From sequence record DRR723986_15960: a stretch of 64,000 nt of DNA; one strand, written 5' to 3'. Made by a program: the position numbers and the translations under genes. Within the stretch, counting starts at the first letter, position 1; each line of letters opens with the position of its first letter. The notes under the pieces are model-generated. The model was given only the letters and a program-made list of their open reading frames with translations. It had not been told where the DNA came from and searched no databases. This document shows, piece by piece, positions 48,240 through 57,772 of the stretch.

Positions 48240-49055
48240 TTATTCAAATGGACCGTACACAACTGCCTCTTCTCCTACATTGATCTTTTCACAACTATTA
48301 GAGAAACTACTATCATCTAGTTTTACCGTAAACTTAATACTATTAGAATCAGTATTTTGATGTACAGACAGCCAACGGTATGGTAAATCTAATTCTGTTT
48401 CTTTTGGGTTTAATAGATTGAGAATGGCATGCGAATCACTTTGATTATTATAACCTGTTGGTTTAGTAAAGGATAATTCTAAAGTGTTGTCATCTATTGA
48501 TTTAGAATCTTTAAGTTCAACAACTCTATTATCAATATACTTTTTATCATCACATTGCGACCAAATTTTGTCATTGTTCATTTGTAGTGCTGCTAAGAAT
48601 CCACCTTGTATCGATCCCTCAAAACCACCACCTGGGAAAGCCCATGCAGATGCAAAGTATAGATTGGGAATTAAAAAGTTATTTCTAAATCTTTTACTTC
48701 CTATTTGGTCTTTTATTTGTGCATAACCGTAAACTGAGCCACTCGGGTTTGATGTATACCGTTTTATAGTTTTAGATGTAGACACTTCATAGTATTCTAT
48801 ACTATTTTTAATACCTGGATACTTTTGTTCTAATCGTTGTAATAGGATTTGCGCTATTTCTTCTTTTTTAGCAGCATAGGCTTCTTTGTTTAATCCTTCC
48901 CAGTCTTCAATATAATCTACAGCACAAATTACACCTTCAGATTTATGGGCTGGTGCCAATCCTGAATCTACTTTGTTATAGTCTACAAAAATAAATCTAC
49001 GTTTAGACCAATCTCCATGATGATTGGTTTTAATGAGTATATAATTTTTTGTCAT
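48240..49055 (-). pseudogene. Probably internally deleted phytoene-desaturase/retinol-saturase-like oxidoreductase with a C-terminal FNR-type FAD barrel
   Basis: Has CrtI-like C-terminal motifs (YPGI...ST..T..RYT.NP.GSVYG, PNLYFASAW..PGGG) but no N-terminal GxGxxG. Confidence 0.6.
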
Positions 49056-50863
49056 TAATCCTCAGCCTTGCGCTGACCTGTAAACGTACCATTTGGTTGT
49101 ATAAATTTAACTTCAGTTATTTTTCCGTCGTGTTCAATAAATTCAACCTTAAATCCTTCTAAGGTTTTAAAATTAAATTTATGCTCAGCTATTGGTACTA
49201 ACGCATATTCTGGCTGACCTGGCACAAATACATACAATACGATTTCATCTTTTATATACGCTTTAATCTCAGTACCCATAAGATCGTATTTACCAACGTA
49301 TTGTTCTAAAGTTTCGGCAGAAACCTCAATAGTATTAGGTGCACGTTTTAAGGCAATAGCATCTACCATTGGTTCTATTCCTACACGTCCATAATCTATA
49401 TCACCAGCTTCATTAGTACTAAATGTAATTTTTATAGATCGTCCTATAGCCGCTGTATCAACTTTTCTGTCCTTATAATCAACAAATTCAAAAGTGTCAT
49501 AATGGTAATGATTTAAATATTGTTCGTTACCGTTGAGTGTAGTAAACAGAGAATCGTTCTTTAATTCAATTTCAAAAGATCCATAGCCTCGATGTGAATA
49601 TATACCTATATAATCTAATTTTGTGTGTGATGGTCTTGTGTTTTTAATGTTAGATAATTCCTTGTCGTCTTTAGATTCTTCTTGAGCTTTGAGCGCTTTT
49701 TCTAAATCTTCTTTATGCTTTTTAGCCCATTCCGTTTTTTCTACTTTAAGCATATGATCTGCTGCAATGTTTCTAATTAAACGTGGCACTGCAGACCCAT
49801 TTTGATTTGCTAATACAACAATACCTAAACTGTCAGATGGATACAAAGCAACACTCGCTGAGAATCCATCAATATTGCCACCATGTTCAACCATATAGTG
49901 TCCTTTATAAGAGTGTAAAAACCAACCATATCCGTAATTAGCATATTGTACATCTGGTAATTCTTTAGAAGGGAAACCGGCTGCGGCTACCATTTGAGAG
50001 CTCATAGCTTCCTTTATATAATTTTCAGGTAAAATCTGTTTCTCGCCCACCTTGCCATCATTTAGCCATAACATCATCCATTGACTCATATCATTAACAC
50101 TACTATTTATGCTACCCGCTGGCGACATACCAGCAATGTCATAATAATCTAGTTTTTCAATATTTCTATCAGCATCTAAGTCATAACCAAATGAAGCATT
50201 ACTACTAGTTTTCATGCCTTCTATAGTTGTTTTAGACCTGTTCATACCTAGCGGCTTAAAAAACCTGTCTTCAATATTTTTTTCCCAGCTTTCACCAGTA
50301 ATTTTTTCTGTTATAACTCCTTGTAATAAGAACCCAAAATTATTGTAATACCACTGCTGTCTTACGCCAGTAAAAGGTTCGTGATGCTTCATGCGCATTA
50401 CTAAACTATCCTTACTATGTGATGGAAAAAAGTACCATGCGCCATCATGCCTTGGCAAGCCTGTACTATGTCGCATAAGGTCTTTTATAATAATGTTATT
50501 ATTCATTTCATCGTTATAAAACTCTAGGTTTGGCACATATTTTCTTGGGCTATCATTAAACGACAATTTATCGTCGTCGCGTAGTAAACCTAATAGTGCA
50601 GAAGTAAATGCTTTAGTAGATGAGCCAATGGCAAAAAGTGTATTAGCGTCTACAGGAGTTTTATTTTCAAAATCGCTAAAGCCAAAGCCTTTTGCATAAA
50701 TTATCTTATCACCTTCTACAATAGCTACAGCAAAACCAGCAGTTTTTGTCGTTTCTAGTACAGAATTAAATTGTTTTTCAATGCCTTTTAGACGTTTATC
50801 GGTTTGTGCATAGGTAAAAAAAATGCTTAAGGCAAGTACAAAAGTGAGAATACGAGTTTTCAT
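49055..50863 (-). CDS. Serine hydrolase (beta-lactamase/S12 family) with DUF3471-like C-terminal domains
   Basis: Signal peptide, SSTK, YNN, HGG. Confidence 0.9.
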   Translation of the reverse strand: MKTRILTFVLALSIFFTYAQTDKRLKGIEKQFNSVLETTKTAGFAVAIVEGDKIIYAKGFGFSDFENKTPVDANTLFAIGSSTKAFTSALLGLLRDDDKLSFNDSPRKYVPNLEFYNDEMNNNIIIKDLMRHSTGLPRHDGAWYFFPSHSKDSLVMRMKHHEPFTGVRQQWYYNNFGFLLQGVITEKITGESWEKNIEDRFFKPLGMNRSKTTIEGMKTSSNASFGYDLDADRNIEKLDYYDIAGMSPAGSINSSVNDMSQWMMLWLNDGKVGEKQILPENYIKEAMSSQMVAAAGFPSKELPDVQYANYGYGWFLHSYKGHYMVEHGGNIDGFSASVALYPSDSLGIVVLANQNGSAVPRLIRNIAADHMLKVEKTEWAKKHKEDLEKALKAQEESKDDKELSNIKNTRPSHTKLDYIGIYSHRGYGSFEIELKNDSLFTTLNGNEQYLNHYHYDTFEFVDYKDRKVDTAAIGRSIKITFSTNEAGDIDYGRVGIEPMVDAIALKRAPNTIEVSAETLEQYVGKYDLMGTEIKAYIKDEIVLYVFVPGQPEYALVPIAEHKFNFKTLEGFKVEFIEHDGKITEVKFIQPNGTFTGQRKAED

Positions 50864-50955
50864 TTTATGATTGGTTTAGATCTTTAGTTATGAAGTATAT
50901 GTATAAAGATACATCATTTAGTTACGGTTTTTTGGTAGTATTTTTTTGGTTATTG

Positions 50956-50983
50956 ACAATTCATCATAAAATTTATACAATTC
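50956..50983 (+). promoter_or_regulatory. LytTR-type direct-repeat operator
   Basis: ACAATTC at 50956 and 50977 (21-bp period), upstream of a weak -7 GATATTTG at 51019-51026. Confidence 0.65.
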
Positions 50984-51047
50984 GGTAAGTCCAATTTTAA
51001 AAACATGGAATTGTATCGGATATTTGTATCAAACAAAAACGAATAAC

Positions 51048-51470
51048 ATGAATGTATTAGTAAAATTAGCCGTTGTAATTATCATAAACTTAATAAGTAC
51101 TCAGATAAAAGCACAAGACACTTATACGATCACAGTTACTGTAGAAGATTTAAGCAGCAATGATGGAAAAGTGCTTTTAGCGTTATATAATTCTGAAAAG
51201 GACTTTTTAGAAAATGAATATAAAGGCACTATAAGTTCAATTGCCAACAACAAATGCACGGTAACCTTTGAAAACGTTCCTGAAGGTGTTTATGCGGTTT
51301 CTATTTTTCATGATGAAAATGACAATGATAAATTAGATAGCAATTTTATTGGTATTCCAAAAGAGGATTATGGTTGTTCTAATAATGCCAAAGGTTTTAT
51401 GGGACCACCAAAATGGAAAGATACCAAATTCGATTTAGAAAAAGATACATCAATTACAATAACACTTTAA
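51048..51470 (+). CDS. DUF2141 secreted protein
   Basis: G.YAVS.FHDEN.N.KLD.NF.GIP.E.YG.SNN...GPP.W. Confidence 0.88.
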   Translation: MNVLVKLAVVIIINLISTQIKAQDTYTITVTVEDLSSNDGKVLLALYNSEKDFLENEYKGTISSIANNKCTVTFENVPEGVYAVSIFHDENDNDKLDSNFIGIPKEDYGCSNNAKGFMGPPKWKDTKFDLEKDTSITITL

Positions 51471-51494
51471 CATTAATCAAAAAACACTAACATT

Positions 51495-52127
51495 ATGAAA
51501 CAGATTTTAATAGTTGCCTTAGTAGTTATTTCAGGACTAACTCAGGCGCAGACAAGTTTTGAAAAAGGTATGGCGAAAGCATTTGAACTTTGGCAAAATG
51601 ATAAAACTGATGAAGCCGAAAGTATGTTTGAACGTATTGCTAAGGCAGAACCAGATGAATGGTTACCAGATTATTATATTGCTCAATTGAATAGTTTAAA
51701 AAGCTGGAATGTAAAAGATGAAGCCGTATTAAAGGCGCAATTAGAAAAAGCACAAAAACATTTGGATGTAGCACTCTCAAAAACTGAGAGAAATGCAGAA
51801 TTATTAGTGATGCAAGCGCAAATATATACAAATTGGGTAGCCTATGATGGTGCTACTTATGGTATGAAATATGCTGCAAAAGTTGGCGAACTTTATGCTA
51901 AAGCGGTAGAATTACATCCAACAAATCCTAGAGCTGCGTTTTGTAAGGCTCACTGGGCAATGGGAAGTGCAAAGTATTTTGGTAAGGATACTGAACCATA
52001 TTGTAAGGATATTGAAGCGTCAATTGAACTTTTCGATACCTTTAAGCCAGAAAGTGATTTTCATCCTAATTGGGGAAAAGAACGTGCAGAGCAAGTGGTT
52101 ACAAATTGTAAATCTTATTTTAAGTAA
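51495..52127 (+). CDS. Secreted TPR-like helical protein
   Basis: Signal peptide; FERI, WLP.YY, P.NPR, P.WG. Confidence 0.7.
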   Translation: MKQILIVALVVISGLTQAQTSFEKGMAKAFELWQNDKTDEAESMFERIAKAEPDEWLPDYYIAQLNSLKSWNVKDEAVLKAQLEKAQKHLDVALSKTERNAELLVMQAQIYTNWVAYDGATYGMKYAAKVGELYAKAVELHPTNPRAAFCKAHWAMGSAKYFGKDTEPYCKDIEASIELFDTFKPESDFHPNWGKERAEQVVTNCKSYFK

Positions 52128-52132
52128 ATAAC

Positions 52133-53488
52133 ATGTTTAAATCAATTAAAAATATAGTTGTAATATTTTTTATCGGATGCCTCATCTATGCTATTAGATA
52201 TTTTTTAGTAGGTAACGAAATTAGATATGAAAATATCAATTTATACTTAATTGATTTTGGTATAACTCAGATATATACCCTTACATTAAGCTATGTTAAT
52301 ACACTGTATTTTGAATTTATAAAGAGACTGAAAATTGAAAGTTATGATGTCGTGAAACGTATAGTTTATGGCATTGTAGGGGCAACTGTGATAACCTTAG
52401 CAACGATATTTCTGCTCAGAATAATGGTTTTGGTCTTTATCTATGGTCAATCGTTTAGCACATTTTTCCAAAACGACGGATGGAGTGGCTATGCATTTGG
52501 TCTTTGGATAACACTAAGTATTTTGTCAATTTTTTATTTTGTTTATTTCTATAATCGTTATCAAAAAAATAAGGTTAAGGAGCAAAAAGTAATTGCAGGT
52601 GCAGCGAGTGCTAAGTTTGATGCTTTAAAAAATCAATTAGATCCGCACTTTTTATTCAATAGCCTGAATGTATTAACTAGTTTAATTGAGGAAAATCCTG
52701 ATAGTGCACAAAAGTTTACAACCTCTTTATCTAAGGTTTATCGCTACGTATTAGAACAAAAGAATAAAGAACTAGTTACTGTAGACGAAGAATTAAAGTT
52801 TGCAAGAACCTATATGTCGCTATTAAAAATGCGATTTGAAGATAGTATCATTTTTGAAATTCCGGATAAGTCTTCAAACCCAGAAAACAAAGTTGTGCCT
52901 TTGTCATTACAGTTGCTTTTAGAAAACGCTGTAAAGCATAATATGGTTACCTCAAGTAAACCATTGCACATAAAAATATATGAAGACGGAAATCACCTGG
53001 TGGTGATGAATAATCTTCAGCCAAAACAAATCGTAAAGAAGGGTAGTGGTGTTGGATTAGAAAATATTAAACAACGCTACGCACTTCTTACAAAGAGAAA
53101 AGTTTACATCAATCAACGAGAGAAGGATTTTGAAGTAGCAATTCCGATTCTTACAAAACAAGTATCAATCATGACAACAACACAACGATCAGACGACAGA
53201 CTACGAGACGATTATGTGAGAGCACGTAAGCGCGTAGACGAATTAAAAGGATTTTATTATAGCTTAATTTCCTATATAATTGTAATACCATTTTTATATT
53301 TTATCTGGCGCACTTTTACACCATTCACCATCCAATGGTTTTGGTTTCCGCTAATATTTTGGGGATTAGGATTAGTATTTAATGCTTACCGCGTCTTTGC
53401 GGATCAAGGCGCATTAGGAGCTAAGTGGGAAGAACGCAAAATACAGGAGTATATGCGAGAAGAAGAACAAAAAAATCGTTGGAATTAA
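52133..53488 (+). CDS. LytS-type sensor histidine kinase with C-terminal 2TM domain
   Basis: 4 TM segments, QLDPHFLFNSLN, LLENAVKHN, GVGLENI; C-terminal RARKRV..KGFY...WEERKI. Confidence 0.9.
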   Translation: MFKSIKNIVVIFFIGCLIYAIRYFLVGNEIRYENINLYLIDFGITQIYTLTLSYVNTLYFEFIKRLKIESYDVVKRIVYGIVGATVITLATIFLLRIMVLVFIYGQSFSTFFQNDGWSGYAFGLWITLSILSIFYFVYFYNRYQKNKVKEQKVIAGAASAKFDALKNQLDPHFLFNSLNVLTSLIEENPDSAQKFTTSLSKVYRYVLEQKNKELVTVDEELKFARTYMSLLKMRFEDSIIFEIPDKSSNPENKVVPLSLQLLLENAVKHNMVTSSKPLHIKIYEDGNHLVVMNNLQPKQIVKKGSGVGLENIKQRYALLTKRKVYINQREKDFEVAIPILTKQVSIMTTTQRSDDRLRDDYVRARKRVDELKGFYYSLISYIIVIPFLYFIWRTFTPFTIQWFWFPLIFWGLGLVFNAYRVFADQGALGAKWEERKIQEYMREEEQKNRWN

Positions 53489-53499
53489 TTTGTTGAATT

Positions 53500-53811
53500 A
53501 TGAAAAATCAAAACACTAATTTAAGTTATATAAAAGCTAAAAACCGCGTAGAACGTGAGAAGGGCTTTTACACACACCTAATTATTTACTTACTTGTAAA
53601 TATTGTATTAACCGGTTTTAAGGTTTGGGGCGATTTAGACAGTTGGGATAGTTTTATAGATGAATTCTTAACCATAAACGTACTGAGCACATGGGTAATT
53701 TGGGGCATATTTGTAGTGCTACATTTTCTATCGGTTAAGTTTGGACAAGCGTGGGAAGAGCGCAAAATAGAACAGATTATGAATGAAGAATTATCTAATA
53801 ATTCAAAATAG
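53500..53811 (+). CDS. 2TM domain protein
   Basis: AK.RV..KGFY.H, WG...H, WEERKI. Confidence 0.85.
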   Translation: MKNQNTNLSYIKAKNRVEREKGFYTHLIIYLLVNIVLTGFKVWGDLDSWDSFIDEFLTINVLSTWVIWGIFVVLHFLSVKFGQAWEERKIEQIMNEELSNNSK

Positions 53812-53819
53812 AAAATATT

Positions 53820-54158
53820 ATGGAAAAGTATAGTATAGAGCCCTATGGCAAAGAAGATAATATTTCGGATTATAGAAAAGAAGAAGCATATTTAAGAGCA
53901 AAGAAAAAAGTAGAATCTTTAATAGGTTTTTACTGGCACTTCGCAGTTTACATTGTGGTTAATGCCTTTTTAATTATTCTCATAGGCGTTAATGCAGGAT
54001 TTGATGGTTTCGGACCGTATGCAACAGCTGTATTTTGGGGAATAGGGTTGTTCTTTCACTTTATTGGTGTATTTGGGCCAGATTTCTTTTTCGGGAAGAA
54101 TTGGGAAAAACGCAAGATCGATGAGTTTATGGATAAAGAACGCAAGAACTGGGAGTAG
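53820..54158 (+). CDS. 2TM domain protein
   Basis: RAKKKV...GFYWH, WGIGL..H, WEKRKI. Confidence 0.85.
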   Translation: MEKYSIEPYGKEDNISDYRKEEAYLRAKKKVESLIGFYWHFAVYIVVNAFLIILIGVNAGFDGFGPYATAVFWGIGLFFHFIGVFGPDFFFGKNWEKRKIDEFMDKERKNWE

Positions 54159-54160
54159 CC

Positions 54161-54484
54161 ATGAAAGAATTTAGTGAACAAGAAAGCCTCATTATAGCCA
54201 AGAAAAAGGTTAAACAGATTCAGATTTTTTACCTTCATTTGGTAGGTTACCTAGTGGTAGTTAGTCTGATTCTTTACAACTTTTATATTATGGACGATGG
54301 CCCATACAAAAAGGCCGTTACATGGGTTAATACAAGTACCTTAGTAGGTTGGACCATTTTTATAATCATCCATTGGTGGCGTACATTCAAAGGAAGGTTC
54401 TTGTTTAAGAAAGAATGGGAAGATCGTAAGATTGAAGAATACCTGAATAAAAATACAGAGGAGGAAACAACAATGTGGGAGTAA
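54161..54484 (+). CDS. 2TM domain protein
   Basis: AKKKV...FYLH, W.....H, WEDRKI. Confidence 0.82.
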   Translation: MKEFSEQESLIIAKKKVKQIQIFYLHLVGYLVVVSLILYNFYIMDDGPYKKAVTWVNTSTLVGWTIFIIIHWWRTFKGRFLFKKEWEDRKIEEYLNKNTEEETTMWE

Positions 54485-54522
54485 GCTAATTTTAAAACCA
54501 ACTAAAAAACTTATTTTAAATA

Positions 54523-55278
54523 ATGAATGTTATAATTATTGAAGACGAAAAGCCTTCCGCAAGACGCTTACAACGCATGTTAATTAGTATTGGGATAGAA
54601 GCTGAAACAATGTTGCACTCCGTAGAAGAATCAATAGAATGGTTTGAGCAAAACGAGCATCCTGATTTAATTTTTCTAGATATTCAGCTTAGCGATGGGC
54701 TTTCGTTTGAGATTTTTGAGACTCTCGAAATTAATTCTGCAGTTATATTCACTACCGCTTACGATGAGTATGCACTTCAAGCCTTTAAGCTAAATAGTAT
54801 AGATTATTTGCTCAAGCCAATTGATGAAGATGGATTACAAGCGGCCATAAAACAGTATAAAAGCACTACGCAACAACAAAAGTCGGTAACATTAGACTTT
54901 AATGACATTAAGAAACTCTTGGTTAACCCAATTGAACGCGAATATAAAAAGCGTTTCTCAGTCAAAGTTGGGCAGCATTTAAAGTTGATTAATATTGAGG
55001 ATATAGAATGTATTTATAGTGAGAATAAAGGTACTTATGCACACACTAATGAAGGTCGAAACTATCTATTAGATATGACCTTAGACCAATTAGAAGATGA
55101 ATTAGAACCTTATATCTTTTTTAGAGTAAGTCGAAAATTTTACATTAATATAAATGCAATAAAGGATATTATTAGTTACACTAATTCTAGACTTCAGATT
55201 AAGTTAAATTATTATAATGAACAAGAAGTCATTGTTGCCAGAGAGCGCGTGAAAGACTTTAAAAATTGGTTGGAATAA
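54523..55278 (+). CDS. LytTR response regulator
   Basis: Receiver domain (EDE, FLDIQL, TTAY, LLKP) plus LytTR domain (FFRVSR). Confidence 0.95.
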   Translation: MNVIIIEDEKPSARRLQRMLISIGIEAETMLHSVEESIEWFEQNEHPDLIFLDIQLSDGLSFEIFETLEINSAVIFTTAYDEYALQAFKLNSIDYLLKPIDEDGLQAAIKQYKSTTQQQKSVTLDFNDIKKLLVNPIEREYKKRFSVKVGQHLKLINIEDIECIYSENKGTYAHTNEGRNYLLDMTLDQLEDELEPYIFFRVSRKFYININAIKDIISYTNSRLQIKLNYYNEQEVIVARERVKDFKNWLE

Positions 55279-55285
55279 TACTAAT

Positions 55286-56461
55286 TTAATCATCATCAAT
55301 TCTATTATCATCAAAAGCAGATGGTAATAGTTTTGGAATTATCTTTACAAATAAGGGCAATAATAATGCACCACCTGGTAACATAAAAATGGCAAGGCTA
55401 GGTATAGACTTAAATATATCTAATAATTGTTGTTGAATTTTCTTTTGTTCATCATCGCTTAGGTTTCTATGAGTAGACTCAGTTAAGAGTTTCATAGCTT
55501 CTTTGCTTTCAGATAGTTCTTTAATAAGCCTTTTTTTATTTCTGTTGATGAGCTTTGAAACTATTTTACTACTGTTGTCATAAAAACTTTGTGCTAAATT
55601 TTTTGAACTTAAAAAAGCGACTTCATCTTTATGATTTTTATAGAATTCATTTATAGAAGCGATAGAATCATCTATAATATTTTGTTCTAGGTTAAGGTCC
55701 TCTTTAATTTTATTTAAAAAGTTTTTTTCGGCTTTATCAATGACTTTGTCACTCCAAGATGCCATGCAAACCAGATCAATTAAATAGTGCTTCTCTAATG
55801 GGTCATTTATAATTTTAAGAACATCTTCGTAAGAATTTATATCTGTATCCTTTTGCCTCATAGAACTTTCAAAAAGCTTCATTAGGTTTTCGTCATAGTC
55901 AGTCTTATTAGATTTTGTATCCAAAACAGATAGTACCATAGACTCTAGAGCAGACTCTAAATTATTTACATAATTTGCAATCTCTTTTTCGCCATTAAGA
56001 TATTCGTTATAACCAAGTACATCTATAAATAATAAGGCGTTTACCAGAAAGTAATTAAAACTTTTAGATATAATATTATCATCAATATGAATACGCTTAT
56101 GAATCATTTTTTCTAAGAGCTTATCCTTAGATATTTCACCAAATAAGTCTTCAAAAAATGAGCGTTGACCTTCGCCTAAAATTTTATAGTAGTCAACCAT
56201 GTATTCTATAAAGCTCGATTTGTTTTTAGTTATAGTTACATGATTATGGTAAAAACATAGCATTACATTAATCTTACTACGCTCTTCTTCAGTAAAGTCA
56301 AAGGACTGGCTGATATATGGCAGAACTTTTACATTACTTCCATAGATAAAGCCTGTTGCTTTTAGTTGCTTATAGAATTCTATAGTATCTACCTGATCTA
56401 TTTCGCTATCTGCAACTTCATTCAGAAATTTTTTTATCCAGCCGCTAGCTGATGGATTCAT
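55286..56461 (-). CDS. LETM1-related protein with a TerB-like segment
   Basis: MNPSA.GWI; WSD..ID..E..FL; DIFKSIPSLAIF.LPGG..LLP...LLPSAF. Confidence 0.75.
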   Translation of the reverse strand: MNPSASGWIKKFLNEVADSEIDQVDTIEFYKQLKATGFIYGSNVKVLPYISQSFDFTEEERSKINVMLCFYHNHVTITKNKSSFIEYMVDYYKILGEGQRSFFEDLFGEISKDKLLEKMIHKRIHIDDNIISKSFNYFLVNALLFIDVLGYNEYLNGEKEIANYVNNLESALESMVLSVLDTKSNKTDYDENLMKLFESSMRQKDTDINSYEDVLKIINDPLEKHYLIDLVCMASWSDKVIDKAEKNFLNKIKEDLNLEQNIIDDSIASINEFYKNHKDEVAFLSSKNLAQSFYDNSSKIVSKLINRNKKRLIKELSESKEAMKLLTESTHRNLSDDEQKKIQQQLLDIFKSIPSLAIFMLPGGALLLPLFVKIIPKLLPSAFDDNRIDDD

Positions 56462-56480
56462 CTTTAAATTAGCTTAATAT

Positions 56481-56510
56481 TAAAAAAGCTACTTGTAAGT
56501 AGCTTTTTTA
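56481..56510 (-). terminator. Terminator downstream of sodC
   Basis: TAAAAAAGCTACTT/AAGTAGCTTTTTTA. Confidence 0.8.
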
Positions 56511-56530
56511 AATTTTTAATATATGTGAGA

Positions 56531-57139
56531 TTACTCTATTATACCACCGCAACTCACTCTAGCACCAGCAGCACCAGATGGTTGAGATTTTAAATCATCA
56601 GCTCCTTGATGAACAATAATTGCTTTACCAAGGATATCTCTAGCAGGATCACCACAACCAATACACCACTGGTCAGTATTCATTGATATTTGTCCTTCAC
56701 CTTTGGCATCAGTCTCAAAATTTCCTATATCACCTTTATGAAATCCAGCTGGATCTCCCCAAGCACCATGTGGTTGACCTGTAGGATTCCAATGACCACC
56801 AGAAGATTTTCCGTCTGGTGAAGTACAATCTGCTTTTTCGTGAAGGTGTATAGCATGAGTACCTTCAGAAAGACCCGTAAACCTTCCAATCATTGTTACA
56901 ATACCCTCTTTTTGAGAAAATATTACTGTACCTTCTACGTTGCTATCACTTTTTGGAGAAAGTGTAACTGTAAGTTTCATGTCCTTGCCTGTTACTTTAT
57001 CTTTTGTTTCACTAGTTGCTGTAGATTCAGTTTTTACTTCTTCATTAGCAGTTTCAGAAACTTTTGCTTTTTGATCGTCTTTACACGAGACTATGGCCAT
57101 TAGCGAAAATGCTAAACATAAGTGAACTATTTTTTTCAT
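56531..57139 (-). CDS. sodC: Cu/Zn superoxide dismutase lipoprotein
   Basis: Lipobox IVSC; HLH, GGHWNP, HG, HKGD.GN, IVH, GAR..CG. Confidence 0.92.
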   Translation of the reverse strand: MKKIVHLCLAFSLMAIVSCKDDQKAKVSETANEEVKTESTATSETKDKVTGKDMKLTVTLSPKSDSNVEGTVIFSQKEGIVTMIGRFTGLSEGTHAIHLHEKADCTSPDGKSSGGHWNPTGQPHGAWGDPAGFHKGDIGNFETDAKGEGQISMNTDQWCIGCGDPARDILGKAIIVHQGADDLKSQPSGAAGARVSCGGIIE

Positions 57140-57199
57140 TGGTTTAGTTTTAGATTTTGATAAAGTTAAGTAGATAATTGCGTTCGTGCAAATGCGATA

Positions 57200-57688
57200 T
57201 TAATTCTTCTTTAACCAAAGTTTTTGATCCTTTATTCCACACTTAATGTTTTCAGTAAAAATGAGAGACTTATCAATTCTTAACTGCGAAGACTTATATC
57301 TAGAAATGGCATAGATTATAGAACGTTTACGACCAGGAGTAAAATTTTCAAAAATAGTAAAAGCCTCATAATCACTTAGAAGAACAGCTTCGAGTTCTTC
57401 GCACATTTCAACACCGTATTTAGAGGTGTCTTCAAAAACCTGAAGTGTAAAATAATCGTTCATAAACACTCCAAGTTCTTTTTGCTTTGCTTTACTAAAA
57501 TATATGCGGTATAATCCCGTTTTTTCGTGCTTTAAGGCTGCATAAAACTCTATAGATTTTTCGTTAAAACTAGCCTTTACCTTAATTCTTTTATGATTGT
57601 TTTTAATAAAGTCTTTAAGCTTGTTTTTAGGTAATACTACACTTTGTTTATCGGTAAGTGTAACTTCAAAAGTCTCACTTATAAGCAT
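57200..57688 (-). CDS. DUF1905/YdeI-OmpD-associated family protein
   Basis: DTSKYGVEM.EEL, F...TPG.KRSII..I. Confidence 0.75.
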   Translation of the reverse strand: MLISETFEVTLTDKQSVVLPKNKLKDFIKNNHKRIKVKASFNEKSIEFYAALKHEKTGLYRIYFSKAKQKELGVFMNDYFTLQVFEDTSKYGVEMCEELEAVLLSDYEAFTIFENFTPGRKRSIIYAISRYKSSQLRIDKSLIFTENIKCGIKDQKLWLKKN

Positions 57689-57711
57689 TTAACTATTCAT
57701 TTGAATTTGAT

Positions 57712-57755
57712 ATGACAAATATCATGTTTTTTACCAAGCCTTAAAAGTAATTTTG
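57712..57755 (+). promoter_or_regulatory. CRP/FNR-like box plus -7 element of hemN-usp
   Basis: Palindrome ATGACAAATATCAT (TGA-N6-TCA) at 57712-57725; TAATTTTG at 57748-57755. Confidence 0.65.
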
Positions 57756-57772
57756 AGTAACATTAAATAGGT

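Noticed and set aside
49055-50863. Beta-lactam resistance gene
   Set aside because: HGG instead of KTG and extra C-terminal domains point to an S12-type peptidase/esterase rather than AmpC
53500-54484. 2TM genes as anti-phage pore effectors
   Set aside because: They are embedded in a two-component operon, with no nucleotide-signalling or defence genes nearby
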